NCBI GenBank assembly: GCA_039585935.1
Contig: JBDGUY010000008.1
Location: 1-39,731 of the forward strand
Direction of reading: 5' to 3'
Length of the DNA stretch: 39,731 nt
DNA from: Gemmatimonadota bacterium
Lineage (GTDB): Bacteria; Gemmatimonadota; Gemmatimonadetes; Palauibacterales; Palauibacteraceae
The notes below the pieces were generated by a model. That model did no database searches and was not told the origin of the DNA. It was given only the letters and a program-made list of their open reading frames with translations. The translations under genes and the position numbers were made by a program. Every line of letters begins with the position of its first letter. Within the stretch, counting starts at the first letter, position 1. Shown one piece after another: positions 18,189 through 28,633 of this stretch.

Positions 18189-18866
18189 TCAGCGAACCAG
18201 CGGCTGACTGACGGGCCGATCCGGGCTACGGGCTCCCCACGCGATTACCGCCGCGGCGACGACCGCAGCCAGCGCGATGCCGATCAGCACCAGCCCCGAA
18301 GTGAATAAGCCGAGGTTAATGCCCAGGAAGCCCGCCCCTTCGAAGAACGGAAACCGGATCAGAAGCACGTAGGCGCTGACGACGAGACTGAAGACGAGGC
18401 CCTTGCCGACGAAGTCCGCGCCGGGGATCAGGCGCCAGGTGAGCCCGAGCACGAATCCCCATGCGACTCCATGCAACAGACGAACACCCCAGTCGGCCGC
18501 GACCAGGTGTACCTCGATCCCCGAACCCAGCAATGCGGCGATACCGGTCCAGCCGGCGAACAGGGTAAGCAAGGCATGAAACAGGCCTGCCAGGATCCCT
18601 CCGAGCACTCCGAGTCCGAGTCGCGAACTCAGGTCCAGGGACCCCTCGACGGCCGGCCCCCAGGCCCTGCCTCCGAACGCCACCGCTTCGGCGGCGAGCG
18701 CTCCGATCAGGAGCAGGATGCCTCCCGTGATCGCACTGCGCCCTCCCGTGATCAGCAGGCGCGCTCCGGCCAGCCCGAGCACGATCGTTACCACAAGAAG
18801 TACCGCCGCGGTGCCATCGAAACCCCGGCCAGCGCGAATCTCTGCTGTTCTCGCCTCGCCCTGCAT
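18189..18866 (-). CDS. hypothetical polytopic membrane protein (~7 TM helices)
   Basis: 225 aa, Gly/Ala/Leu-rich, with about seven hydrophobic segments. ATG with a weak AGGA SD. No family recognised. Confidence 0.6.
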   Translation of the reverse strand: MQGEARTAEIRAGRGFDGTAAVLLVVTIVLGLAGARLLITGGRSAITGGILLLIGALAAEAVAFGGRAWGPAVEGSLDLSSRLGLGVLGGILAGLFHALLTLFAGWTGIAALLGSGIEVHLVAADWGVRLLHGVAWGFVLGLTWRLIPGADFVGKGLVFSLVVSAYVLLIRFPFFEGAGFLGINLGLFTSGLVLIGIALAAVVAAAVIAWGARSPDRPVSQPLVR

Positions 18867-18935
18867 GATTTGAATCCTGTCTGGGGCGGCCGGTCCCGAT
18901 ATGGACGCGGCCGCCGGTTCATTGTCGCTGTCCAG

Positions 18936-19709
18936 TCACGATCCACGGCGCTCGAGGAACGTGTCGATCCCGTCCTGACAATCGTCCGTCAGCCGGGCGA
19001 GGACATTCACCTGCGCTCCCGTCCGTATCGCCGCCTCGAAGCTCGCGCCGTCGATCTGGTACAGCAAGCGCTTGCCGAGACTGACGGCTGACGCACTGCG
19101 GGACGAGAGATCTCTGAGGAAACCGTCCACCTCCGCCTCGAAATCCTCGGCAGGAAAGACCCGGTTCACGAGGCCGATCGACTCCGCCACTTCCGCCTCG
19201 ATCGTTTCACCCAGGGAAATGAGTTCGAATGCACGCTTTTCGCCTACGGATCGGCGCAGGATCGCCATCACCATCGCCGGGACGAAACCGAGCCGCACTT
19301 CCGGATAACCGAATCGCGCGTCCGACGCAGCCAACACCATGTCGCACGCAGTGGCGAGCCCGCAGCCCCCGGCGAGGGCCCTTCCATGCACGACGGCGAT
19401 CACAGGCGTGTCCATGCGCCGAAGCAACAGGAACAGCTCTCCGAGAGCTTCGGCATCGACCAGACTCGCCAGAATGCCCTGTTCCACGGCTTCCCGAATC
19501 TCTTCCAGATCGGCGCCGGCACAAAAATCGGGTCCCGCGCCCGACAGCGCCACGACTCGGATCCGGTCGTCTGCGTCCGCAAGGGCCAGCGAATCCATCA
19601 GCTCCGTAACCATCCCCGTGTTGAGCGCATTCCGGCGCTCGGGACGATTCAGAACGATCCGGGCGATCCCGGCTTTGCCGTCTACGTCGTTCCGTACGAG
19701 TTCCTGCAC
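18936..19709 (-). CDS. enoyl-CoA hydratase (crotonase; methylglutaconyl-/isohexenylglutaconyl-CoA hydratase-like by context)
   Basis: GTG at 19709 is preceded by GGGAGG 5 nt upstream. The ATG at 19823 would overlap the upstream gene by 65 nt. IVLNRPERRNALN, VVALSGAGPDFCAGADL, VHGRALAGGCGLATACDMVLA, GYPEVRLGFVPA, DCQDGIDTFLERR. Confidence 0.85.
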   Translation of the reverse strand: MQELVRNDVDGKAGIARIVLNRPERRNALNTGMVTELMDSLALADADDRIRVVALSGAGPDFCAGADLEEIREAVEQGILASLVDAEALGELFLLLRRMDTPVIAVVHGRALAGGCGLATACDMVLAASDARFGYPEVRLGFVPAMVMAILRRSVGEKRAFELISLGETIEAEVAESIGLVNRVFPAEDFEAEVDGFLRDLSSRSASAVSLGKRLLYQIDGASFEAAIRTGAQVNVLARLTDDCQDGIDTFLERRGS

Positions 19710-19758
19710 GCCAGCCTCCCGGGGCCTTCCCGGCTCAGCGTGAATCCAGACTCCCGGT

Positions 19759-20127
19759 TCAACGACCGGGAAGCTCTCCCGACAGGACCCGGTCGCACAA
19801 CGAGACGACCTCCTCCGGGGCATCGATTTCGAGCTCGAGCAACGATGACGCGAACGTCTTCCCTTGGGCGTCCAGCATCAGCGACACGGTACCGCCCCCA
19901 CCGAGAGACTCGTGGAGCAGGAAATTCAGCGCCCCGAGGTTCGGGAGCTCGAAGCGCTCGACCCGCCCCTTGCAGACGTCCTTGAAATGTTCGCCAACCC
20001 GCTCTTCGGTAACCTCGCGCACGAGGATCGGCCAGGCATCCTCGATCAGCGCTATGACGCCCACATTCGCGGCGTCACCCTTGTCTCCCGACCTCGCGAT
20101 CGCGATTCGTTCCAGTCGGATCTTCAT
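19759..20127 (-). CDS. small AtuA-associated protein (equivalent to the C-terminal domain of full-length AtuA; DUF4387-like)
   Basis: 122 aa. MKIRLERIAIARSGDKGD.ANVGVIA ... ELPNLGALNFLLHESLGGGG. ATGA overlap with the DUF1446 gene upstream. Family name recalled from memory, not verified. Confidence 0.7.
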   Translation of the reverse strand: MKIRLERIAIARSGDKGDAANVGVIALIEDAWPILVREVTEERVGEHFKDVCKGRVERFELPNLGALNFLLHESLGGGGTVSLMLDAQGKTFASSLLELEIDAPEEVVSLCDRVLSGELPGR

Positions 20128-21509
20128 GCGTGGCTCACCTCGACTTCGAGGTTTCGTTCGACGGCATCCCGATCGATCAGTGCCGGCCAGTAGGCCATGA
20201 TTTCCTGCACACGCGGCCTGCCTGCTGCGAATCCGGTAACCGATGGTGGACCCGCAAGGATCAGAGGCGCCAGCTCACGAGTGAAGCGATCTACCGCAGC
20301 CCGGTCGGACGATCGGACTCCGACCCGCAACTCCACCTCGGGCAGGCCCCGTCGAACGGCCTCAGGCAGGTGGTCGGGTGAGCGCCCGGAACAGGCGCCG
20401 GCGCCGACGAACTCGGTACGGATCTCATCGAACCGCAAGCCCAGTCGCTCCAGCCGCGCGCGCAGGACCTCATCTGCCCGAATCGCCTTGTCGAGCGCGT
20501 CGGGCGCGGCGTACACCAGGCTTCCAGTCGCCTTCCAGCCGTCCCGGTAGGCGATCGATACCTTCAGCAGTCCCGTTCTCTCCCGACCCTGGACACCCGA
20601 GATCGCAACCTGATTCTCACCCAGATCCCGCAACTGTATGGTCGAAACGTCTGCAATGCAGTCGGGAGTGATGTATTCGATCGGGTCGCCCATCTCGTAC
20701 ACGAGTTGCTCTGTAACCGTGGCCCAGGTCACCCGGCCGCCGAGGCTCTCGTGCTTCGTGACCGTGAACGTGCCGTCCGCTGCCATCTCGATGATCGGGT
20801 ACCCGGGGGCCTCCAGATCAACGCCGCGCCAGTCGAACAGCGTGTTTCCGCCAGTGGCCTGGGCTCCACACTCGTTGATGTGCCCGGCGACGACGCCGGC
20901 CGCGATCCTGTCCCAGTCATCCGCCGCCCAGCCATGCTCGTGCATCAGCGGAGCATAGGTGAGCGCCGTGTCGGTCGATCGACCGGTGATCACGACGTCC
21001 GCCTCCATGCGCAGCGCCTCGATGATCGGGGCCGCGCCGATGTAGGCGTTCGCACTCTGGACCCGGTCCCGCACGGCCGACAGCGGCTCGCCGGTCTCCA
21101 TGTTCCGCAGTTCGTGACCGTCCCCGAGCAGCGAGTCGAGCCGGTCCATCAGGTCGTCGCCGGACACGACCGCCACTCTCAGTGGCCGCGAAATCGGGAT
21201 CTCCTCGAGGGCCTCGAACAGGGCGCGCCGACATCCATCCGGATTCACACCGCCGGCGTTGCTCACCACCCTGATCCCACGACCCAGCAATTCCGGACTC
21301 AGCCCTGCGATCAACGGTACGAAATCACGCGCGTACCCTGCGGTGGGATCCCGCTCACGCTGTTTCTGCAGAATCGACATCGTGATCTCGGCCAGGTAGT
21401 CGAGCATCAGGTAGTCGATCGGACCGGTTCGAACCTGCAGCTTCGGGGCTTCCTGCCAGTCTCCCCAGAATCCCTGGCCCGAGGCTACACGCACGATGCG
21501 CTTGCTCAT
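20124..21509 (-). CDS. acyclic terpene utilisation AtuA-family protein (DUF1446), N-terminal-domain-only form
   Basis: Start ATG 21509 with SD AGGAGAGG. IVRVASGQGFWGDW.EAP..QV..G.IDYLMLDYLAEITMSIL.KQR is the characteristic DUF1446 N-terminus. 461 aa. Confidence 0.82.
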   Translation of the reverse strand: MSKRIVRVASGQGFWGDWQEAPKLQVRTGPIDYLMLDYLAEITMSILQKQRERDPTAGYARDFVPLIAGLSPELLGRGIRVVSNAGGVNPDGCRRALFEALEEIPISRPLRVAVVSGDDLMDRLDSLLGDGHELRNMETGEPLSAVRDRVQSANAYIGAAPIIEALRMEADVVITGRSTDTALTYAPLMHEHGWAADDWDRIAAGVVAGHINECGAQATGGNTLFDWRGVDLEAPGYPIIEMAADGTFTVTKHESLGGRVTWATVTEQLVYEMGDPIEYITPDCIADVSTIQLRDLGENQVAISGVQGRERTGLLKVSIAYRDGWKATGSLVYAAPDALDKAIRADEVLRARLERLGLRFDEIRTEFVGAGACSGRSPDHLPEAVRRGLPEVELRVGVRSSDRAAVDRFTRELAPLILAGPPSVTGFAAGRPRVQEIMAYWPALIDRDAVERNLEVEVSHA

Positions 21510-21546
21510 TGGCCTCTCCTGATCCCGTGTGCACGGGCGCACCTGT

Positions 21547-23160
21547 TCATGCGTCGTCTCTCAGGGTAAACGTCCCCACGTGCGGGGCTGGATTCTCGAG
21601 CGCGCATCGCATCGCCAGATCGAGAACGTCCCGCGTGTCTTCCGGGACGATGATCGCATCGACGAATCCGCGGGCAGCCGCATAGGTCGCATCGAGTTGC
21701 CGCTCGTATTCGGCGCGGGTGTGCTCGATCGCGTCGACCGTATCGGCGTCCAGGTCCTGACCGGCTTCTGCGGCCCGGTCGATCTTCGGTCCGAAGATCG
21801 CTCGCACAGCCGATTCCCCTTCCATCACCCCCATGCGACCGGTCGGCCAGGTGAAGATGAAGTCGGGATCGAATCCCTGCCCCGCCATCGCGTAGTATCC
21901 AGCGCCGCTCGCATGATTGGTCGTGAGCACGATCTTTGGAACTCGGGCGGTAGCCATCGATTCGACCATGCGGGCGCCCGCCCGGATGATGCCCGAGTGC
22001 TCGGCCTCGACGCCGACCATGAAGCCGCTCACATCCTGCACGAACAGCAGTGGCATCTTCTGGCGGTCGCACATGTCCATGAAGTAGGCGACTTTTTCGG
22101 CACTGTCCGCGTACACGATCCCGCCGAACTTCGGCGGCCCGCCCGCCGAGTCCTTGAACATGCCGCGTCGGTTCGCGATCACGCCGACCCGTCTCCCCCT
22201 CAGCCGGGCAGCAGCAGTGAGCATCTCCGGGGCGTAGCCCGCCTGGAACTCATCGAATTGCCCTTCGTCGAGAAATGTGTCGAGGAGATCCCGGACGTCA
22301 TACGGTTGGCGATGGTCGGCCGGCATCAGATCGTAGATCTCGTCGGCCGAGCGTGCTGGAGCACGGGGTTCATCGGTCGGAGGAAGCAGTTTCGGTCGGG
22401 GAAGGTCGGCAACCAGGTCCCGCAGCTTTTCGATGCACTCCAGATCGTCCTCGACCTCGTAGTGCGCAACTCCGCTGATCACATTGTGTGTGCGAGCTCC
22501 GCCCAGTTCCTCGGCGTCTACGTCCTGCCCCGTCGCGCCCTTGACCAGATTGGGTCCGCCGAGTCCCATGAAGCTCGTTCCGTCGACCATTATGATCGAG
22601 TCGGACAGTGCCGGGAGATAGGCGCCGCCGGCGATGCATGGGCCCATCACGGCCGAGAGCTGCGGAACATCCAGGTAGTGCCGCATGATCGAGTTATAGT
22701 AGAAAATCCGGCTCGCGCCGTACTTGCCCGGGAACACTCCTCCCTGGTAGGGCAGATTCACGCCTGCGGAATCAACCAGGTAGAGAATCGGCACGCGGCT
22801 GCGCATCGCTATCTCCTGCGCGCGCAGCATCTTGGTGATCGTCTCCGGCCACCAGCTTCCGGCCTTCACGGTGGCATCGTTCGCCACGACCACAACGACC
22901 CGGCCGGATACCTCGCCGATCCCCGTGATGACGCCGGCAGCCGGCGCCTGCCCGTCGTACTGGTCCCACGCCACCAGGAGCCCGATCTCCAGGAATCCCC
23001 CACCCGGGTCGATCAGGCGCTCGATTCGCTCGCGCGCGGTGAGCTTACCCTGTGAGTGCTGTTTTTCGATCTTCGCCGGGCCGCCTCCCTGGCGCAGCTG
23101 CTCCTCAAGAGGCCGCAACTCATTGACGGCCTGACGCATTCGCGACTCGGACTCCGGCAT
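21547..23160 (-). CDS. acyl-CoA carboxylase beta subunit (carboxyltransferase; methylcrotonyl-/geranyl-/propionyl-CoA carboxylase beta family)
   Basis: GKLTARERIERLIDPG.F.E, VVVVANDATVKAGSW, the GPCIAGGAYLPALSD oxyanion region, MGLGGPNLVKGATG. The ATG at 23160 overlaps the upstream stop (TGATG). Confidence 0.9.
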   Translation of the reverse strand: MPESESRMRQAVNELRPLEEQLRQGGGPAKIEKQHSQGKLTARERIERLIDPGGGFLEIGLLVAWDQYDGQAPAAGVITGIGEVSGRVVVVVANDATVKAGSWWPETITKMLRAQEIAMRSRVPILYLVDSAGVNLPYQGGVFPGKYGASRIFYYNSIMRHYLDVPQLSAVMGPCIAGGAYLPALSDSIIMVDGTSFMGLGGPNLVKGATGQDVDAEELGGARTHNVISGVAHYEVEDDLECIEKLRDLVADLPRPKLLPPTDEPRAPARSADEIYDLMPADHRQPYDVRDLLDTFLDEGQFDEFQAGYAPEMLTAAARLRGRRVGVIANRRGMFKDSAGGPPKFGGIVYADSAEKVAYFMDMCDRQKMPLLFVQDVSGFMVGVEAEHSGIIRAGARMVESMATARVPKIVLTTNHASGAGYYAMAGQGFDPDFIFTWPTGRMGVMEGESAVRAIFGPKIDRAAEAGQDLDADTVDAIEHTRAEYERQLDATYAAARGFVDAIIVPEDTRDVLDLAMRCALENPAPHVGTFTLRDDA

Positions 23161-23579
23161 CAGTCTTCCCTGCTCCGGCCACTCTCGGAATACCACGTGC
23201 GGATGTACTCCACGGCATCGGTCGTCGGCGTGCCAGGGCCGAACAGCTGCCCGATACCCATATCGCGGAGCGCGTCTATGTCCTCATCCGGGATGATCCC
23301 TCCACCCGTAACGAGCACTTCGTCCATCCCGTTCTCGAGAAGCAGGGACTGGACTCTCGGAAACAGCGTCATGTGCGCACCGGACAGTATGGACAGCGCG
23401 ACCACGTCCACGTCTTCCTGCAACGCGGTCGCCGCGATCTTGTCGGGGGTCTGGTGAAGCCCGGTATAGATCACCTCCATACCCGCGTCACGCAGGGCCG
23501 CGGCGATCACCTTCGCTCCACGATCGTGCCCATCGAGGCCCGGTTTCGCGACTAAGACCCGGATCTTCTTCTCACTCAT
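23160..23579 (-). CDS. B12-binding small subunit of a split acyl-CoA mutase (methylmalonyl-CoA mutase C-terminal domain family; IcmB-like)
   Basis: Internal ATG 23579. [22 protein letters not shown] contains the DxHxxG cobalamin-ligand motif. Also [24 protein letters not shown]. 139 aa. Confidence 0.9.
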   Translation of the reverse strand: MSEKKIRVLVAKPGLDGHDRGAKVIAAALRDAGMEVIYTGLHQTPDKIAATALQEDVDVVALSILSGAHMTLFPRVQSLLLENGMDEVLVTGGGIIPDEDIDALRDMGIGQLFGPGTPTTDAVEYIRTWYSESGRSRED

Positions 23580-23712
23580 GGGAATGCTCTGGCTGGTGGT
23601 CGCCACCCGTCCCGCCGGTTCCGGTTCCGGATCGGGCGAGTGAACGCGTTCAGGCTTGTAGCCGTACCGACTGTCCGCGCGGAATTCGCGGTTCGTGTCG
23701 AAGCACCAGGGA

Positions 23713-25434
<1,722 letters not shown>

Positions 25435-25513
25435 GCTCGACCTTCCCCTGTTCGTGATCAATCACCGGCCGAATATACGACAATTCGATCAAGCCGTTCC
25501 AGCGCCGGCGATG

Positions 25514-26632
25514 TCAGGATCCATCCGAAGTCCGGCCCGCATCCGGCCACAACCTCCCGTACACCTCCCGGCTGATCGCGTACGGAGTCCGTCGCCCGAC
25601 TTCCGGCTCGTGACCTGCCCCTTCGGACCACGCGCTCCAGGCGTCCATTGCTCGCCTGCTCACGGAGCGTTCGAGAACCAGTCGAGCATGTTCCATCGCC
25701 TGTTCGCGACGGTTCGATTCCAGCCGACCGGAGGATTCCAACCATTCGAAGTGGCTGTCGAGGCCCGCGGCGATCTCCGGCACGCCGTCACCCGTTGACG
25801 CTACGCACCTGAGAACCGGGACCTTCCAGTCCGCTACGTCCCCGGACTCGTCGTTGCCGGCCCCGGGTGTCGGACCCGCCATGGCGTCCGCGACCCGAGC
25901 CCCGGCGATCGCGGATAGATCCACCCCGTGATGACCGGGGACGTGGCTGGAGGAAGACCCCGTGCGGAGCGCGAGAACCACCTCGATCTCTTTCTTCAGT
26001 CTGTCTGCGCCGGGCCGATCCGCCTTGTTGACGGCGAACAGATCGGCAACCTCCATCAGGCCGGCCTTCATCGCCTGGATTCCATCTCCGGACTCCGGTA
26101 CGAGAACGACGAGTGTCGAATCCGCGGAGGATGCGACTTCCAGCTCCGATTGCCCCACGCCGACCGTCTCGAGAAGGATCCGGTCGAATCCGAATGCGTC
26201 GAGCAGATCTGCCGCTTCGCGGGTCGCGGCCGCGAGTCCACCGTGCGAGCCGCGACTCGCCATCGACCTGATGAAGATCCCATCATCGGTAGCCAGGTCA
26301 TCCATCCGCACCCGACCTCCGAGCAGTGCGCCCCCTGTGAACGGACTGCTTGGATCGACGGCGATGATCCCGACGCTCAATCCGCTGTTCCGGTAGATTC
26401 GGGCGAGGGCCGCCGTGAGCGTCGATTTGCCCGCCCCCGGGGGACCGGTGATTCCGACTCGACGGGCGGAACCGACTCCCTCGTGTAATTCTTCGAGGAC
26501 GGATTCGAATCCGGGGCGGTGATTCTCGACCAGCGAAATGCAGCGTGACAGAGCGAGAACATGACGAGCACGAAACTTCTCGACGAGGCTCTGCTGCGAT
26601 GGCGTCAGGGAAACCCGGGCTGGATCATTCAT
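25514..26632 (-). CDS. meaB: MeaB/ArgK-family G3E GTPase (B12-mutase chaperone)
   Basis: ISLVEN, P-loop GITGPPGAGKSTL, AVDPSSPFTGGALLGGRVRM, ILLETVGVGQSE, NKADR. It lies directly upstream of the mutase subunits. Confidence 0.9.
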   Translation of the reverse strand: MNDPARVSLTPSQQSLVEKFRARHVLALSRCISLVENHRPGFESVLEELHEGVGSARRVGITGPPGAGKSTLTAALARIYRNSGLSVGIIAVDPSSPFTGGALLGGRVRMDDLATDDGIFIRSMASRGSHGGLAAATREAADLLDAFGFDRILLETVGVGQSELEVASSADSTLVVLVPESGDGIQAMKAGLMEVADLFAVNKADRPGADRLKKEIEVVLALRTGSSSSHVPGHHGVDLSAIAGARVADAMAGPTPGAGNDESGDVADWKVPVLRCVASTGDGVPEIAAGLDSHFEWLESSGRLESNRREQAMEHARLVLERSVSRRAMDAWSAWSEGAGHEPEVGRRTPYAISREVYGRLWPDAGRTSDGS

Positions 26633-26686
26633 ACCGGCCGAAACTGCCGGTACGAGTCCGTCGGAGCAAGCAGATCCGTACGGTAG

Positions 26687-28438
26687 CTAGCGGATTCTGA
26701 GGATCTGCAGCCGCGGCTCTACGCTCGCATCGAGTACCGCCCCGCGGGTGGGGCTGACCAGCTCGAGTCGAGTTCCATCCCCGGGCTCCAGGGCGTCCAG
26801 TTCGAGGTACATCCCCGTCGCGCTGAACAGCTCCGCGTCCAGATTCGACTCGTACCCCAGATCCCGTTTCAGCGGCAGCAGCGGATACCCCCCGGAAGGG
26901 GGATTCACGGCTTCGCCGATTCTCGATGCGAACACGTCCCGCATTCGGTACGACGGAAGCTGCAACTCCATCGAGGTCTCGACCTCCGATCTGTCGGACG
27001 AGATCAGCATCGTCGACCACTGCGTGGCCAGGCGATCGAACGGCACCCCGAATACCTCCGTGACGGCGTCTCGCGAGTCCGCGGCCGAGCTCTGAACGAG
27101 CGCCCGGGTCCGGGCAGCCTCACTGTCGGTTCCGTCTTCGTAGCGATCCAGCAGGTAGCGCACGAAGCTCCAGGCGGCGCCTCGCATACGAAACGTGTTG
27201 TAGTTCAGTGGATCCGACGAATTAAGAAGCGCAGCCGTGTCTCCTGGAGTACTCAGGTACTGGCTCAGATTGTACCAGTTGTTGAGGTAATACTTGTTGA
27301 ACACGTCGATTCGCGCCTGCGACGAAATCAGCTCTTCTGCCCCGAGCTCCATGCCGGGCGCGAACCCGTTCACCTCGTGACCGACCACCTCCTCCGCCAG
27401 GTGCGAAAGCCCTTCGTTGAGCCATACGTCCTGGGCACCGCCATTGCCGCTTTGCGCGTTGATCAGATGCTGGAGTTCGTGAGCGACGGTATTGTCCGTA
27501 ATCCGCCTGACCTGCTCCTTGCTGATCGCGTCGTTGGAGGCCTCGGTGAACAGCCCGAGCGGATCCGGGACCATCAGATAGAACATCTCGGAGTTGTTCC
27601 CGCCCGACGCTCCGAGATCCAGCGGACAGGTGAATCCGGCGATGAAGCTGTCCGTATAGTCGGTCGACATCTGGTTCACACCGCCCGTATACAGCAGGAC
27701 GATACGGCCGCCATTCGAATCAATGTCGCCTGGAGTTCCGAAGTACTTCTCGTTCGCGTCGTATATCACTTCATCGAACGCCCTGGCGATCTCGGCGTAC
27801 TCTTCCGGGCTGAATACCGAGGCGGAATTCCGGTCCTCGCCGATGACGGCACGCTGGCTCACGTTGACGACTTCACCGAGAATCGACTTCGGCACATCCG
27901 GAAACCTGTTTGAATCCACGCACCCGAAGCGGTACCTGACCGTGTCACCGACAGTCGGCACACTGAACAGAGTTCCTCTGGTGGCCATGGCGGCCGAGCG
28001 GATCTGTGGGCGGATCGACCGCTCCAGCTGTCTCAGCTGACCATCGAGCGAGGTCTGGCCGCTCCGCCAGGCTACCTCCACCGCGTCGGGACCGGAACCC
28101 GTGGTAGCGATAAACGTGGGGTCGGGCTGTATCCCGGCTGACCCGCCGGATGTCCCCGTCGGAGATATCCGGAGTTCCATCGGACTGAAGCCCAATGTCC
28201 GGGCCATCGTACTGACCATGACTTCGTATTGAGTCTGCGCTTCGTAGGCCGGAATCTCGATGCAACTGACGGCGGCAGATCCCTCGAAGATCACATCCTC
28301 GCCAGGAAGCAGTTGAATGGTCTTACAGGTGGGTACGGGGGAGGGACCGGTCGGAGGTCCGGATGAGTCCGTTCCGCACGCAGCCAGAATCGCTATGAGC
28401 CATATGGCGGCCGCTGAACGCGTAACCGTCGTCCGCAT
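26687..28438 (-). CDS. lipoprotein, putative zinc metallopeptidase (HExxH ... E gluzincin-type; possibly M30/hyicolysin-like)
   Basis: Internal ATG 28438 with SD GGAGAGGG gives the lipobox signal MRTTVTRSAAAIWLIAILAAC|G. Motif TVAHELQHLINAQ, then WLNEGLSHLAEE 17 residues after the second His. The upstream 64 codons of the track ORF are Arg-rich and unlikely to be coding. Confidence 0.65.
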   Translation of the reverse strand: MRTTVTRSAAAIWLIAILAACGTDSSGPPTGPSPVPTCKTIQLLPGEDVIFEGSAAVSCIEIPAYEAQTQYEVMVSTMARTLGFSPMELRISPTGTSGGSAGIQPDPTFIATTGSGPDAVEVAWRSGQTSLDGQLRQLERSIRPQIRSAAMATRGTLFSVPTVGDTVRYRFGCVDSNRFPDVPKSILGEVVNVSQRAVIGEDRNSASVFSPEEYAEIARAFDEVIYDANEKYFGTPGDIDSNGGRIVLLYTGGVNQMSTDYTDSFIAGFTCPLDLGASGGNNSEMFYLMVPDPLGLFTEASNDAISKEQVRRITDNTVAHELQHLINAQSGNGGAQDVWLNEGLSHLAEEVVGHEVNGFAPGMELGAEELISSQARIDVFNKYYLNNWYNLSQYLSTPGDTAALLNSSDPLNYNTFRMRGAAWSFVRYLLDRYEDGTDSEAARTRALVQSSAADSRDAVTEVFGVPFDRLATQWSTMLISSDRSEVETSMELQLPSYRMRDVFASRIGEAVNPPSGGYPLLPLKRDLGYESNLDAELFSATGMYLELDALEPGDGTRLELVSPTRGAVLDASVEPRLQILRIR

Positions 28439-28633
28439 GAATCCCTCTCCAGCCAGACTGTCGATCGGGCACCGTATGCCAGGCAACGCACGGACCAGGC
28501 CAGCAGGCACCGACTGGCGACTCAGCACCCCAGCTATTGCTGATACCGCTGGCCCGTGTGTCCGTTCCCGCCCCGACCCGGCCACCGATCTGCGCTTCCG
28601 GAAGCGAGGAATGTGGACTCGGATCCACACCCG

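Noticed and set aside
21529-23055. 508-aa plus-strand ORF
   Set aside because: It is antisense to the carboxyltransferase gene. Shadow ORF.
25435-25513. Possible cobalamin riboswitch upstream of the mutase genes
   Set aside because: Only 79 nt of intergenic sequence is available, too short for an AdoCbl riboswitch. Such riboswitches normally control B12 uptake or synthesis, not mutase genes.
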